In this document: in pieces, positions 1 to 10,892 of the stretch | Position numbering within the stretch: position 1 is the stretch's first letter | Layout: each line of letters starts with the position of its first letter | NCBI GenBank assembly: GCA_964035575.1 | Contig: OZ037833.1 | Coordinates: 62,001-126,000 of the forward strand | Reading direction: 5' to 3' | Source: Rhynchopus sp. YZ270_cl-10 | Lineage: Eukaryota | Length of the DNA stretch: 64,000 bases | Notes under the pieces: model-generated | Databases searched by the model: none | Told to the model about the DNA's origin: nothing | Seen by the model: the letters and a program-made list of their open reading frames with translations, nothing else | Position numbers and translations under genes: made by a program

Positions 1-3000
1 AGTCCTGCGTCCAGCAGAGCCTGCCCGATGTTTGCAATCGCTGCCCCTGCGTCACTCAGGAAATTCCCAATCGCGCCTGCAATGTTGCTCAACGGCGCGT
101 GGTCGAACGCACCCCTCACAAAGTTCCATGCGTCTGTCACCCCACCCGTCACAGTGTCCCACACGGCCACAGCAGCCTTTCCGACCTCCTTCGCCGCACC
201 GACAACCGCTTCTGCAATTGCCGCCGGGTTCAGGTCCGACGACACACTGACCGAGAACTCTGAGTTCAGGAAGTTCGACGTGTCCAACGTTGCTGTCCCC
301 GAGATTGTGTTACCTACACCGAGCACAGTGATCCCCAGGGAGAAGGAGAGCGTTTCGCCCTGTACCTTCAGCTGAGCCGCAATGCTTACGGCAAAGAGCA
401 CGTCGATGTGCGCGTCGAAGATCGCGTACGGGTGCGGCGCTGCCGTGTCGTACTCAAACAGCACGCGCTTCACCTTCACAATCCCGTACAGGAAGCTCAT
501 GTCCGACAGGCTCATGTGGAACGCCGTGAAGTCCCACGGGAAGTACACGTCTGCAGTCGACGCAAGCGCACCGTCGAAGAGGTTGATCTCCGCGTGGAAC
601 GCCAGCTTCTGCGAGTCAAGCACCAGTGAAATCTCCCCGTACGACTTCAGCAGCGGGATGTCAAACGCACCCTGGATGTTGATCTCCGCACGTGGCGGGA
701 GGATGTTGAGGTCCACCAGGAACCGTGCTCCGCCCGCCGCCTGCTTGTTCCCGTCCAGGTGCGACCCGATGCGCAGGAAGTCGACACTCCCAAACCGGAT
801 GAACACAGGGTCCATCGTTGCGTTGATGTAGAACTGCGACGTGCTGATCGCCACCTCTGCCGCCATCTCCCACCCGATGAAGTTCAGGCGGCCTGCGAAC
901 GCAATCCCCTTTGGCACACTCAACGTCGATGTCCCGAGCACAATCTCCTGCGTCTTCAGTGGACTGAACGACAGGTACGCAAAGCAGTCCATGTTGATCT
1001 CCGTCTGTTCGGCATCTGCAGCAGGCGCAACGCAGTTTGTTGCAAAGTTCTTGTCGTACGGGTACAGCCCAGACTCCTTGAAGGCTGGCGGCAGCGCGTT
1101 CTGGATCCCCTCAATTGTCGATGTCACCTCCGACACGTCCACCCCAATCGCCTCGAACGCTGCCTCGGCCACACTCAACGCCGCGGCAGACCCTTCCCCA
1201 ACAAGCAGCACAAGCCACGGAACCTCCTGCGCCACAAGCTCCGCAATGCCGCCAATCGTCAGGTTCGTCACCATCACCACAAAGAAGTTGTCCTCAGGCA
1301 GCGACGCACTCACCCCGATGTAGGCACGCCCCTCAATGTACGGCTGCACCTTGTTCTGGCAATTGTCCGACGACCCGAGGCACACCGCACCACCCAGCAT
1401 GAACCCCGTCGGCAGCGGCGACTTGATGTCCCACTCCATCCCCAGGAACATGTCCCCAATGTGCGCAAACGGGATCTTGAAGGCCTCGTAGTACCACCCT
1501 GCCGCCGTCAGCTTCCCACGCACCGTCTGCGCCGCAGGCGTCACAATCATCGACAGGTCCCCATCGAAGTACAGGTCCTTGCGTGTCGCAGTCCCGCAGT
1601 CGTCGACACAGATGATCAGCGGCAGCGTCGTCCCAAGCTCCTGCCGCGGCACCCCCCCGTTGATCAGGTACACGAACCGCAGGTACGTCGAAGCACCGAA
1701 CGTACCGAGCGCGTTCGACACACGGAAGTTCTTCGTCTCGTCCGTGTCTGCATCCGTACCCACACGCAGCTCCAGCTGCAGCTCCCCCTCCCACGTCAGC
1801 CCCGCAGACGCCCCAAGACGGATGTCCTCTGCCATGTCCTTCAGCACAGTCACAAACCCGCTGTCCGTGTTCGGCAGCAGCACCGACCCAATCGCAGACA
1901 GCTTGATCCCCGTCGTCGTCACACTGAAGCTCAGCTCCGTGTTCTGGATCCCCATCTCCAGAACAGGCGTCATGATGTCCTTCAAGGCTCCGCTCACGCC
2001 TGCAATCTCCCCCGACGTCGCCAGGTACGCAATGCTCCCAATCGTCAGCGTGTCCACCGACACGCTCGCCTCCACACCGTTGCACGTCGCCGGAGGGCCC
2101 ACACGCCCCACACCGATGATCGAGTCGATCGATGTGTTCGTGGGTCCGCAGTTGCCTGCGCAGAAAGGCATGATGATCTCACCCTTCGTCACAATGTTTG
2201 CCGCCTGCGTCATGAATGCAATCAGGTCTGTTGTCACACTCTGCGCGGCAGCGTCCCTTGCATCCGCTTCCGCCAGCACCTCCGCCCCCCTCCCGGTCAC
2301 AGGTGCGGGCGGGGGTGATGGTGTGGGCGGCGACGGTGTTGGCGGGGCAGGTGTTGGTGGTGATGGTGTCGGTGGGGCGGGTGTGGGTGGCGAAGGTGTT
2401 GGAGGTGCCGGTGTTGGAGGTGACGGTGTGGGCGGTGCGTTTGTCGGGATCGGGTCCGGACACCCGCTGCGTGCGTACGCAAGACTGGCGCCGCTGTTCG
2501 TGTCCTCAAGGGTGATCCCCTCTGCAAACCCAAACCCGTCTGTCGACAACACGGCCGTCACAAGCTCCGACCCCACGCTCCGCATCATCGCCCCAAACTG
2601 GTCCTTGTTTGTCAGCGCATCCTTCAGGTTCGAGAGCATAGAACCCGACGCAGCCTTCTTATCACCCGACCCAGCACCTGGCTTCGGGTCAAACGTGATA
2701 CCGAACCCGCCAAACTCAACCCCGCCCCACCACTGCTCCGAGTGGATCCCGGGCTCCGCCAAGCACCCCCAGTGTGGGTGCGCCAGCGTCACGTGCAGGT
2801 CTTTGATGTGCAGGTTGTCCAGCAGGTACTTGTTCGAGATCGAGATCACAAACGCAAACCCGCTGAACTTCCCTGCGTCCTTGAACCAGTCAATAGAGAC
2901 GTCGACCTCGTCTGCCACCTTCGACCAGAACCCTTTCTTCGCCTCCGTCGGGGTGTTCAGCACGCGTGCCCGGCGTCCGTTCGTGTCTAACACACAGCGC

Positions 3001-4343
3001 GGAACACCCGATATCAGCGTGCACACGTCCTCGATGTCGCAGTCATTGTCGTCTGCACACACTATCCCGCACACACCTTCCGGCAGACACCTCTCTGTGG
3101 CCGGGCATTCGTCGTGCGTCATACACCCGGCGGCCGTTGGCGCAGGTGTGTTGTCTTCACAGAGCCCACCGTTGCACCACGCATCCAGCCCACAGTCCCC
3201 GTTGTCTACACAGGGCTGCCCCGCTGCAGGCACGCACTGCCGCGTGACACAGATCTCTCCCGCCTTGCAGTCTGTCGCCTGCTGCGCGACCGTGCACTCG
3301 GCTGCTTGGCAACGGTGGTACAGGCAGAACTCCGTCCCCGCCACGCACTGCGCGTCGCTTGTGCACTCACGCGGCACACAACGCGCGTTGTTCAGGCAGA
3401 TCTCGGATGCAGTGTTGCACTCGCTGTCCGACGCACACGCTGTTGTCGCAAGGCAGCGCTTGGTCCCGGCAATGTCACACTTCTGCAGCCCTGTGCAGTC
3501 CGTGTGCGCATCGCACACCACCACACAGCGCAGGCTGTCGCACGCCTCGCTCGGCCCGCAGTCTGCCGCGCTTGAGCACACACGCGTGCACTTGCTGTCC
3601 TCGCAGATCGTCGACTGACGTACCTTCGACTTGCAGTCGTCGTCGACCGTGCACGGCTTCTGCCCCTTCGAGATCGAAAACCCGAGGCCCACTCCAATCC
3701 CAAAAAAGTGATGGTCCAGGTTTCCAAAGTCAACCCCCATCGAGACTCCACCCCCGAACTGCAGCCCAGCCTTCCAGTTCGTTGTCAGTTGCAGATCCCA
3801 AGAGGGCAGCGCCGCGTTCAGCGACCCCACGATCAGCGGTGCCGAAAATGCGTTCAGCGCCCCTGCCGTTCTGTTGCTGCCTCCGCCCTGCTTCTTCTTC
3901 TCCAGGTAGGTCTCGCGTGCCTGAAGGTACGCCGCCTCGCGCCTCGCTGTCCCCGTTGTCTGGTCGCACACACCCGTCATCATGTCCAACGCAGGCTCAA
4001 ACTGGTCAGTCAGCAGCTCAATACCGTCAAACGCAGTGCCCCCTTCAAAGAACGACATCATTTCCTCGAGCCCGGTCTCCATCTGCGTCTTCAGGCTTCC
4101 CAGCACAGAGTCCTCACGGAAGGCCTCCTCAAACGCGTCAGTCACACCCAGCTTGTCCAAATGTTCCTCACCCAGGCTCATCACAGAGTTCACCACAGTA
4201 CCACGGAACTCGTCCAGGTGCTCCTCCAGGTTCGCCCCGAGAACATTCAGTGTCAGTGGCTCACCTGTCGTCTCCGTCTGTGCGCTCGCCCCTACTGCGA
4301 ACAGCAGCAGCGGCAGCGGCAGAAGCCCTAGATGGCCTACCAT
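1..4343 (-). CDS. Large secreted/surface protein (3'-partial, >=1447 aa): signal peptide, helical segment, Cys-rich repeats, Pro/Thr linker, long beta-rich region
   Basis: Manual minus-strand translation from ATG at 4343 (MVGHLGLLPLPLLLFAVGASAQ..., signal-peptide-like) stays open to the window edge. It is absent from the ORF track because there is no stop codon in the window. The long plus-strand ORFs here are its antisense shadows. Confidence 0.9.
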   Translation of the reverse strand, partial: MVGHLGLLPLPLLLFAVGASAQTETTGEPLTLNVLGANLEEHLDEFRGTVVNSVMSLGEEHLDKLGVTDAFEEAFREDSVLGSLKTQMETGLEEMMSFFEGGTAFDGIELLTDQFEPALDMMTGVCDQTTGTARREAAYLQARETYLEKKKQGGGSNRTAGALNAFSAPLIVGSLNAALPSWDLQLTTNWKAGLQFGGGVSMGVDFGNLDHHFFGIGVGLGFSISKGQKPCTVDDDCKSKVRQSTICEDSKCTRVCSSAADCGPSEACDSLRCVVVCDAHTDCTGLQKCDIAGTKRCLATTACASDSECNTASEICLNNARCVPRECTSDAQCVAGTEFCLYHRCQAAECTVAQQATDCKAGEICVTRQCVPAAGQPCVDNGDCGLDAWCNGGLCEDNTPAPTAAGCMTHDECPATERCLPEGVCGIVCADDNDCDIEDVCTLISGVPRCVLDTNGRRARVLNTPTEAKKGFWSKVADEVDVSIDWFKDAGKFSGFAFVISISNKYLLDNLHIKDLHVTLAHPHWGCLAEPGIHSEQWWGGVEFGGFGITFDPKPGAGSGDKKAASGSMLSNLKDALTNKDQFGAMMRSVGSELVTAVLSTDGFGFAEGITLEDTNSGASLAYARSGCPDPIPTNAPPTPSPPTPAPPTPSPPTPAPPTPSPPTPAPPTPSPPTPSPPPAPVTGRGAEVLAEADARDAAAQSVTTDLIAFMTQAANIVTKGEIIMPFCAGNCGPTNTSIDSIIGVGRVGPPATCNGVEASVSVDTLTIGSIAYLATSGEIAGVSGALKDIMTPVLEMGIQNTELSFSVTTTGIKLSAIGSVLLPNTDSGFVTVLKDMAEDIRLGASAGLTWEGELQLELRVGTDADTDETKNFRVSNALGTFGASTYLRFVYLINGGVPRQELGTTLPLIICVDDCGTATRKDLYFDGDLSMIVTPAAQTVRGKLTAAGWYYEAFKIPFAHIGDMFLGMEWDIKSPLPTGFMLGGAVCLGSSDNCQNKVQPYIEGRAYIGVSASLPEDNFFVVMVTNLTIGGIAELVAQEVPWLVLLVGEGSAAALSVAEAAFEAIGVDVSEVTSTIEGIQNALPPAFKESGLYPYDKNFATNCVAPAADAEQTEINMDCFAYLSFSPLKTQEIVLGTSTLSVPKGIAFAGRLNFIGWEMAAEVAISTSQFYINATMDPVFIRFGSVDFLRIGSHLDGNKQAAGGARFLVDLNILPPRAEINIQGAFDIPLLKSYGEISLVLDSQKLAFHAEINLFDGALASTADVYFPWDFTAFHMSLSDMSFLYGIVKVKRVLFEYDTAAPHPYAIFDAHIDVLFAVSIAAQLKVQGETLSFSLGITVLGVGNTISGTATLDTSNFLNSEFSVSVSSDLNPAAIAEAVVGAAKEVGKAAVAVWDTVTGGVTDAWNFVRGAFDHAPLSNIAGAIGNFLSDAGAAIANIGQALLDAG
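2302..2450 (-). repeat. Pro/Thr-rich (PTP[AS]P)n linker
   Basis: Translation PTNAPPTPSPPTPAPPTPSPPTPAPPTPSPPTPAPPTPSPPTPSPPPAP; a degenerate 15-bp repeat. Confidence 0.9.
2990..3655 (-). repeat. About 9-10 tandem Cys-rich modules (C-x3-[DEQ]C-x4/7-C-x4/6-C; EB/Dickkopf-N-like)
   Basis: CTVDDDC..C..C, CSSAADC, CDAHTDC, CASDSEC, CTSDAQC, CVDNGDC, CMTHDEC, CADDNDC in the translation. Confidence 0.8.
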
Positions 4344-4680
4344 TGTGTCTTGCAAGGCCTTCCTTGGCTTGCCTTGCTTTTTGGTTTTTTGTATGATTTG
4401 GCTTAATACTCTGCATAGTGGAGTGGTGGTGGTGGTGTGGGTAGCTAGGTGCAAAAGAGCGGACAGGGACAGGATGGTATGGGAAGTGCTTAGAACTCAC
4501 AGCAGCCCACGACGATAGATTGTCTTGCAGAGGACTGCGTTCTCTACCGAACAGCCTGAACGGGTGTGACAGTGAAACATATTAGGTGACGTAGGAGAAC
4601 GTCGCTTGCTGTTATTGTTATCCTCATCAGGATGGATGCGATGAATGAATGTACGTAGAACCAAAATAGAAAAGGGGTGC

Positions 4681-4720
4681 GTGGCAAGTGGTGAGTGGCA
4701 AGTGGCAAGTGGTGAGTGGT
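4681..4720. repeat. Short 7-bp tandem repeat (GTGGCAA/GTGGTGA) in the intergenic region
   Basis: gtggcaa gtggtga gtggcaa gtggcaa gtggtga gtggt. Confidence 0.7.
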
Positions 4721-4821
4721 GGGTAAAGGGTACATTTCGGTGCAAGATCGAGAGTTGTGCAAGTCACATCTTGCAACAGAGAGAAATGGAGATGAAAAAA
4801 GCAAAAAACTATACGGGTGCA

Positions 4822-7800
4822 TCAATCTGAAGAACAGAATTCGTGCACGAGTTGAGAGTGAAAGTCTCTCGTGGCGAGCGGTCTACGTAAATGCTGAAAT
4901 TCGTCACACATCCAGTGCGCGTAGCCCTGGTGCTGTGAGAACGCGACACTGCTGCGCGCAGCGGTTTTGCAAGCACCACAGTAATGTAGTTGACACTCGT
5001 TACATGTAAATACTGAGCAAACTGTGCCAAACCCGACTGGAGTGGACGAACATGAGTCACACTCGAACACATCCACCTCGACTGACTGCAGGCAATGTCC
5101 CTGACGGCACTGCGTCGATATCTGCGGAGAACAGTGAATGTGAGAAAACATACCACAACACGTCTGCATACCTCAAGGCGGTCGTCTGCTTGCCACATGA
5201 GTGCGTCCTTCAAGGGTGTGTCACATTCCTGTTTCAAAATAGTTTCGGGACAACAGAACTAAACATACGTTGCACTTGCCTGAAACCGAACACTTCAGAC
5301 ACAAGAACTTGAACGGACACCCTTCGCACGTTAGGCAGTTGCCTGTTTCAAGTGGAAATGCGCCGCAGCCTTCGCACGAGACGTGACCCCCCCATGGTTG
5401 TGACGGGCACGTGTCAGAAGACGATGCGAGGGGAGGGAGCAACAGTGTTATTATCTTCTGAGCCCTTTCGGCGACAGGCTGGAGTGTCTTAACGTGCTTC
5501 TGCTTTGTCTGCTTGGGAACACTGTGCTCGCACAGACCCAGCACGCCAAGCACGAAGCTGATGCTCTGCTGCGAGCCCACCACCTCCAGGAGCGTCGGGA
5601 GCACTGTGATCTGCACCGCACGCTGCCGCTGCAGGGCAGTCAGCACTGCGCTGTCGTTGCGGGTCAACGCATCTAGCGCCTTACGCAGGGTTCCAACCGA
5701 AAGCGACACCGGCGCTGCATCCACAGTGCTTGGCAGGAGACCGATCTTGAAGCACGCCTGTTCCCCCGGCACCCACACCGCCGCAAGAGGTGTGTCGCTG
5801 TCTGCAAGCTTCACACGCTTCAGCTTCGGCTCGCCTCCCTCTTGCCTCGCACCAACCTGCGCAGACATGCGGCGTGCAGCGACTGCTGCCGACACTGCGT
5901 CACCTGAAACCGTCACATGCCCCCCCACAACAGCGACCTCGCACCCCGTCTCCGTTGCCACAACGTATGCACCACGCTGCCTGCGGATTGCGTCTTTGCG
6001 TGCGAAGATCGCCCTGCAGAGATGTGCCCTGAAGACCTCAAGGTCGTAGCGTGCGAGGGCGATGATGTGGCGCCACTCCTCAAACACACCACGCACGTGG
6101 CCTCGCACACGCTCCACACACTTCGCCTCCAGCGAAGATGCAGCACCACCCTCGCCCTCGCTCCCTGCTATATCCGACAGGAACCTCTCTGCACTGCGCT
6201 CCCGCACAGCCACCTCCTCCATGCACCCAGCCACGTACTGCACCGCACGACCCAGACACCGGTGCGAATGGCGCGACGCAGTTCTGACCAACACCCGCGT
6301 CTGGTCAGTGAGCACCGAGAGCAGCTGCTCGTCTATGGTACACAACGTTTTGAGCTGCGTCGCAAGCTGCACTGCACCTGGGACACCTGGGAGTCGATCT
6401 GAGGGGACGACACGGCATGAGAATGGGTAGGACAGCTTCTGCAGTGCGAGGCCGCCACCGAAGTAGGCACTCACTGTGACAGGAAGGGGACGGCCGAAGG
6501 GGCGGCCACCCTGCAGGACCGAGGTCAGCCAGACACGCACGACATCGGCAAAGCCGCCACCCTCGTCCGCAGCGCACGTCGCGTTGACGATGCTCGCAGA
6601 GAACGTCCCCGCAGGCACAGTGCCTGTGCTCATGGGGTACACAAGGTAGTTAGGCACCACTGCGATGACGTTCTCGAAGGTGCGTTTTATTTCCTGCGGT
6701 CTGCGCATGTCGCCGCTGATGACAGCAGCCGCGTTGTCGAAGACGTGGCTCGTTTCGTCCGCAAACATGTCGTCGCTGTCGAAGGACGCAGCCTCCCTGC
6801 CGGACTTCTGCTTATCGCGCCTCGGGAAGCCTTCAAGAATGCGGACGGAGCAGTGAAGCGCACCACAGCTGAGCACCTCGCCAAAGGTACCGCAGGGGAC
6901 CTTCGCGTTCGTGCCTGCTGCAAAGGCTGCGTAGGAGGCGAACCCTTGGTCGTCGTGCGGGACCACCATGACGACCTGCCCGACCTGCGGGAAGGTGTCC
7001 TCCAGTGCAGCGGAGTTGCACCCGAGACACATGCCCAGAACCGCCTTCGCGACGTTGTCGTTCTGCATCTTCATCAAGTCGTGACGTAGCTTCTCGTGTG
7101 CAGGATACTGCCCCTGCCCTGCGTCTGTTGTGTGTGCATCCAGCTCCGCAACAACGCCGCTAATCAAAGGCGAGTGGAACGCATCCACACCCGCCCACAG
7201 CACCTCCACACGTCCGTGCATCGCAGACGCATCCAAGGCTACACTCCTAAACCCTTCATGCACGACACCCGCACCCTCACTTCCCCCCAGCGCCTCGTCC
7301 GCAGAGTGCAGACAGCCCGCACTGCTCAGAGCCTCCCCCCGAACAGGGTGCATCTCCGCAGGCACCTCCACTGTGATGCGCGAATACGTATCGTGGGCAC
7401 GTGCCCGGGCACGTGTCTCTTCATTTGCAGCCTTGAGCGTGGTGTACCTCTGCACAACCCCACGGAACATGCTGCGGAACTGTGCATTCGCATACGGTGT
7501 TCCGGTGACGAGGAGCCCCGTCGCCGTGAGACGCACCTCCTTCACACAGGACCTACTCAACACTGCGTGGGTAAACCAAAGCTTGCGGAACGCAATCGTG
7601 AACTCCTCCTCCTTCGCGCCCCCGTGGTCTGCGTCGAAGACAGGGACGTGGATCGCGTCTCTACGCAGCCTGCTGTGCGGCCTCTTTCTGCTGTCCTCAT
7701 TTTGGAAAGCGCCGAGCGAGAAAGAGAGTGCGTCGAAGGGCTGCGGGGTGAAGAGCTCGTTCATCAGTGCAGGTGCGAGGGGGAGGTGCTCCGTGCGTGC

Positions 7801-9775
7801 GGTGTGCGTCTGCTCGAGGAGTGTTGCCGCAAGGTCCAAGGGAGCGATGGTCGTGTCCTCTGCATATGGACCACCTTCCGCCACAAAGTGTTCGTCCCCT
7901 GGGAAGCCATGCAACGAAGCACCCACCGACCTCGCAAGGCACATGATCGACCACACAACCTCCTTGCACTCTGCTGCCTCAGTGGGCAGACATGCAGCAC
8001 CGTCACTACTCACTCCATTGGTACAAACGCCCTCGCTTCTGCGCCTGAAAAGACAAAAAAAAGGTAGTGCGGCAGATGTGAGCGTTGCATACGTTATACT
8101 CCTGCAGTTCGCATCCACAAGCACTGCCCCTTCCCACCACTCAAGCGCACTGCCGTCAAGGGAAAGCCTCAGTGCCACCGCACCCCCTGGGCTTGCATAG
8201 CTCTTCAGCACGACAACCTGCGTATTTTATGTTTTTTTCTGACAATTTTGAGATATGTTGCCATACCTTTCTGGGCCTGCATTTATGCAAGACTTGCTGC
8301 GTCATTGTCAGCAGGTTTGCCACCTCTGTGCGTGGTGCGAGAACGATGACATGGTTCTGCCTTGCAGGCTGCAGCACCTTCGCGAGGTTGACACACCGCT
8401 CCACTGACGGGATGTGCCCCTTGAAGTCGACTGTGCAGGCATGGCCTGAGAGGGACTTCACTTCGCCAATCTCGCCGTCTGGGAGCTCGGAGGCTTCTGG
8501 TGCAGCGCTGTCCTCCTTCCATGAGTCCACGAGTGCGGAACGTGCTGTGTCGTGACGATGACGCACACGAACCACATCTTCACGGCGGAGAATTGGTGTG
8601 CGGCGTGCCTCCGGGTCGCGCCAGGCAACGTTGCTGCCCTTCTTCGCGTCGGCCTCGCTTGCCACCAGCGCCACCTCGACACCGTTGTAGTAGCACACAT
8701 CGACCCCCATAGCGTCGCAGCGCTGCAGCACCCAGCACAGCGCAGGCGGGCCACATATGCTGCTTGCCTCTGCAGCTGCAAAGCGCGCGGTGCTGAGGCC
8801 CTGTGGAATCGCCTGGCGCACCTCCTCCTCAAAGAGCGGCCCCCTGCAGAGGTACAGGTCCGCTTCGTGCACGTCCCATGGTGTGGACACTGCGTAGCAT
8901 CCTGAAGTGGTGCACACCTCGGCAAGAAGGCGCGGCACTCTGCACAGCTCCTGCAGGACAGTGTCGGGGACGTTCAGGACAGAGCAGACGACGTCCGTGT
9001 TGGAGTTGCTGCTGTGCTGGAGAAGTGCCGCCACCTTAGTCGCTGCCAGCCCCACACACATCGCCACAGTGCACGTCGCATCGTACAGCACTGCTGTGTC
9101 TGGGAACGCAGCGAACACAGCACCCGCCAGCGCAGCCAGCTCAGACGCACCCCAGGTGGCGTGCACCGTCGTGAAGACAACCTTGCGGAGGCACGCCCGC
9201 ACAGCAGCCGCTGCCTTGGTGCGCTGCACACTGCTCCGCACCTCGAGACTGACGTGCAGCACTGCGTTGTCGGCAGCCACTGCAGGCTCTAACACGACAG
9301 AGGGCATCAGAAGGGCCTGCTCCTGATCAGCGCGCACCACACAAAAACAGCCCCCACACGACTCCGTCAGGCTCTCCCCAAGGCACATAGGCACGCCGTA
9401 CTCCGCAAGACTGATGTGCCCTTCGGAGGGGAAGGAGTCCTCCTGTGGAAGCAGCGCTGCGACAGTGCGCACTGCGATGCGTGTGGGGGACATCGCATGC
9501 TGGGGTACGGTGGTGCTGCTGGGGCTGGTCATGTGGCATGTCACGTTGTCGACGTCGACGTCAAGGCCCACCGCAGCACTCTGCCACTCCACCCACGACG
9601 CAAGCCCGGCAGTGCAGTCGGCAACCGACGCAGTACCTATATCCCTGCTCGTGCAGCTGACAAGTGCCGACACGGACGCAGCGCATTCAGAAGACGTCTC
9701 AGACACTTCCGCATCAGCCGAGGCAAAGTCCCAAGCAAAGCTGCTCCACACCTTTTTGTTCCATATGTCCCGCAT
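4822..9775 (-). CDS. Hypothetical ~1588-aa protein with C-terminal ZZ-like/C1-like zinc fingers and possible KH-like and SH3/KOW-like segments; 5 exons (9775-8267, 8217-8093, 8044-5269, 5228-5172, 5121-4822)
   Basis: Four GTATG...CAG introns join ORFs 8156..9787, 5221..8211, 4809..5237 and 4822..5169 in frame (total 4767 nt, a multiple of 3). Motifs are HVSCEGCGAFP..CLTCEGC..FLCLKC and CRQGH..CDSC..CNEC..YCGAC. Confidence 0.8.
5122..5171 (-). other. 50-nt spliceosomal intron (phase 0)
   Basis: GTATGC...TTCTCCGCAG; splicing gives ..DRLE|ISTQCRQGH in frame. Confidence 0.8.
5229..5268 (-). other. 40-nt spliceosomal intron (phase 0)
   Basis: GTATGT...GAAACAG; splicing gives ..GKCN|ECDTP, completing a CxxC. 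Confidence 0.8.
8045..8092 (-). other. 48-nt in-frame, stop-free intron (phase 2)
   Basis: GTATGC...TTTTTTTTGTCTTTTCAG with a strong pyrimidine tract; length is 3n, so the ORF also reads through. Confidence 0.7.
8218..8266 (-). other. 49-nt spliceosomal intron (phase 0)
   Basis: GTATGG...ATACGCAG, AT-rich; joins ..CRPRK|VVVLKSY. Confidence 0.85.
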
Positions 9776-9789
9776 GTTTTTTTGCACGT

Positions 9790-9862
9790 CTGTGCCAGGT
9801 GTGGTACGGTTTTCAAAAATTGAAGAAAAAAAGGTGAGAAATAAAAAGACCCGTTATTTTTA
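9790..9862 (-). promoter_or_regulatory. Putative trans-splice acceptor (pyrimidine tract plus AG at 9791-9790) 14 nt upstream of ATG 9775
   Basis: TCTTTTTATTTCTCACCTTTTTTTCTTC...GGCACAG|ACGTGCAAAAAAACATG. Confidence 0.45.
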
Positions 9863-10498
9863 GTCATAACAAAGAAGTTGAAAGTGGCCCCACCGTTCAT
9901 CTGCGGATCAGGCACTGAAACATAATAATAAAAACCCCGTTCGTCTTTTGTTTAGTTGGTACACTACCCACGTCGTGCGCAAGAAACAAAAATTCTCAGA
10001 CGTTTGAATCATTTCCCACTACTACAAAGTATTTGTCATAAAAAATGGATTTTTTGAGTAAAATAGAACGCAACTACAGAAATGATGAAAAATGTTCCTC
10101 CTCTGGGTTGCCCGTGGAAACACGTCAAACCAGAGAGGAGAAGAGTTCAAACACGGGAAAAATTCTGTACAAAGAAAAAAAAGCACTCAAAGCACGCTTC
10201 GAAGGCCTTTGTGCGTGTAGTGTAGAAGGGAGCGAAATAAACACCCTTTCAGAACAATAATATTTATGCAAGATCAAATTCACTCGTCAAATAGAACGTT
10301 TGACTTGAAACACTATACCCCGCTCGTGACACGTGTACCTTGGTACAGGACCGGTATATGTGGACCACAACCATGCAGTCCGACATCCATTTCGTGGTTT
10401 ACATGTCTAGGCAAAAAAAGTGAAGTTGAGAGTGCAGAGAAAGAAAGAAAGAAACGTTTTAAGATGAACCTAAGTCATGCTTCATCACCTAAAAATTG

Positions 10499-10532
<34 letters not shown>

Positions 10533-10892
10533 AAACTGTAGTTGTTGATGCAGGCACTCCAACTGACCCACGTACGATGCCAAAACAACAAAAAACAAAA
10601 AAAAATGCCATCGTAGAGTGAGGAAAACGCCTTTTGGGTGTTGATACTCGACAACGATGCTTTTAATACAAAAAAACCCCAAATTCTTTAAATAGGCACC
10701 AAATATGTTTACTTCACCTTTCAACACCTGAAGTGGGGGAAAATCGTTATCTGGTGAACGGAAGAAGCACAGTAAAACCAAGAGTATCAAGGGTGTTAAC
10801 CCTTATAGTTGCCGTCTACTACGAGAGACTCTGCAAAAAAAGAAGAAAAAGAAGAAAAAAAGAAACAAGTAATTGCTATCAGAAAAAACGGG

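Noticed and set aside
28..4518. Long plus-strand ORFs (e.g. 759..2318, 1579..3618) and similar ones opposite the other genes
   Set aside because: Antisense shadows of GC-rich minus-strand CDSs, with low-complexity, domain-less translations
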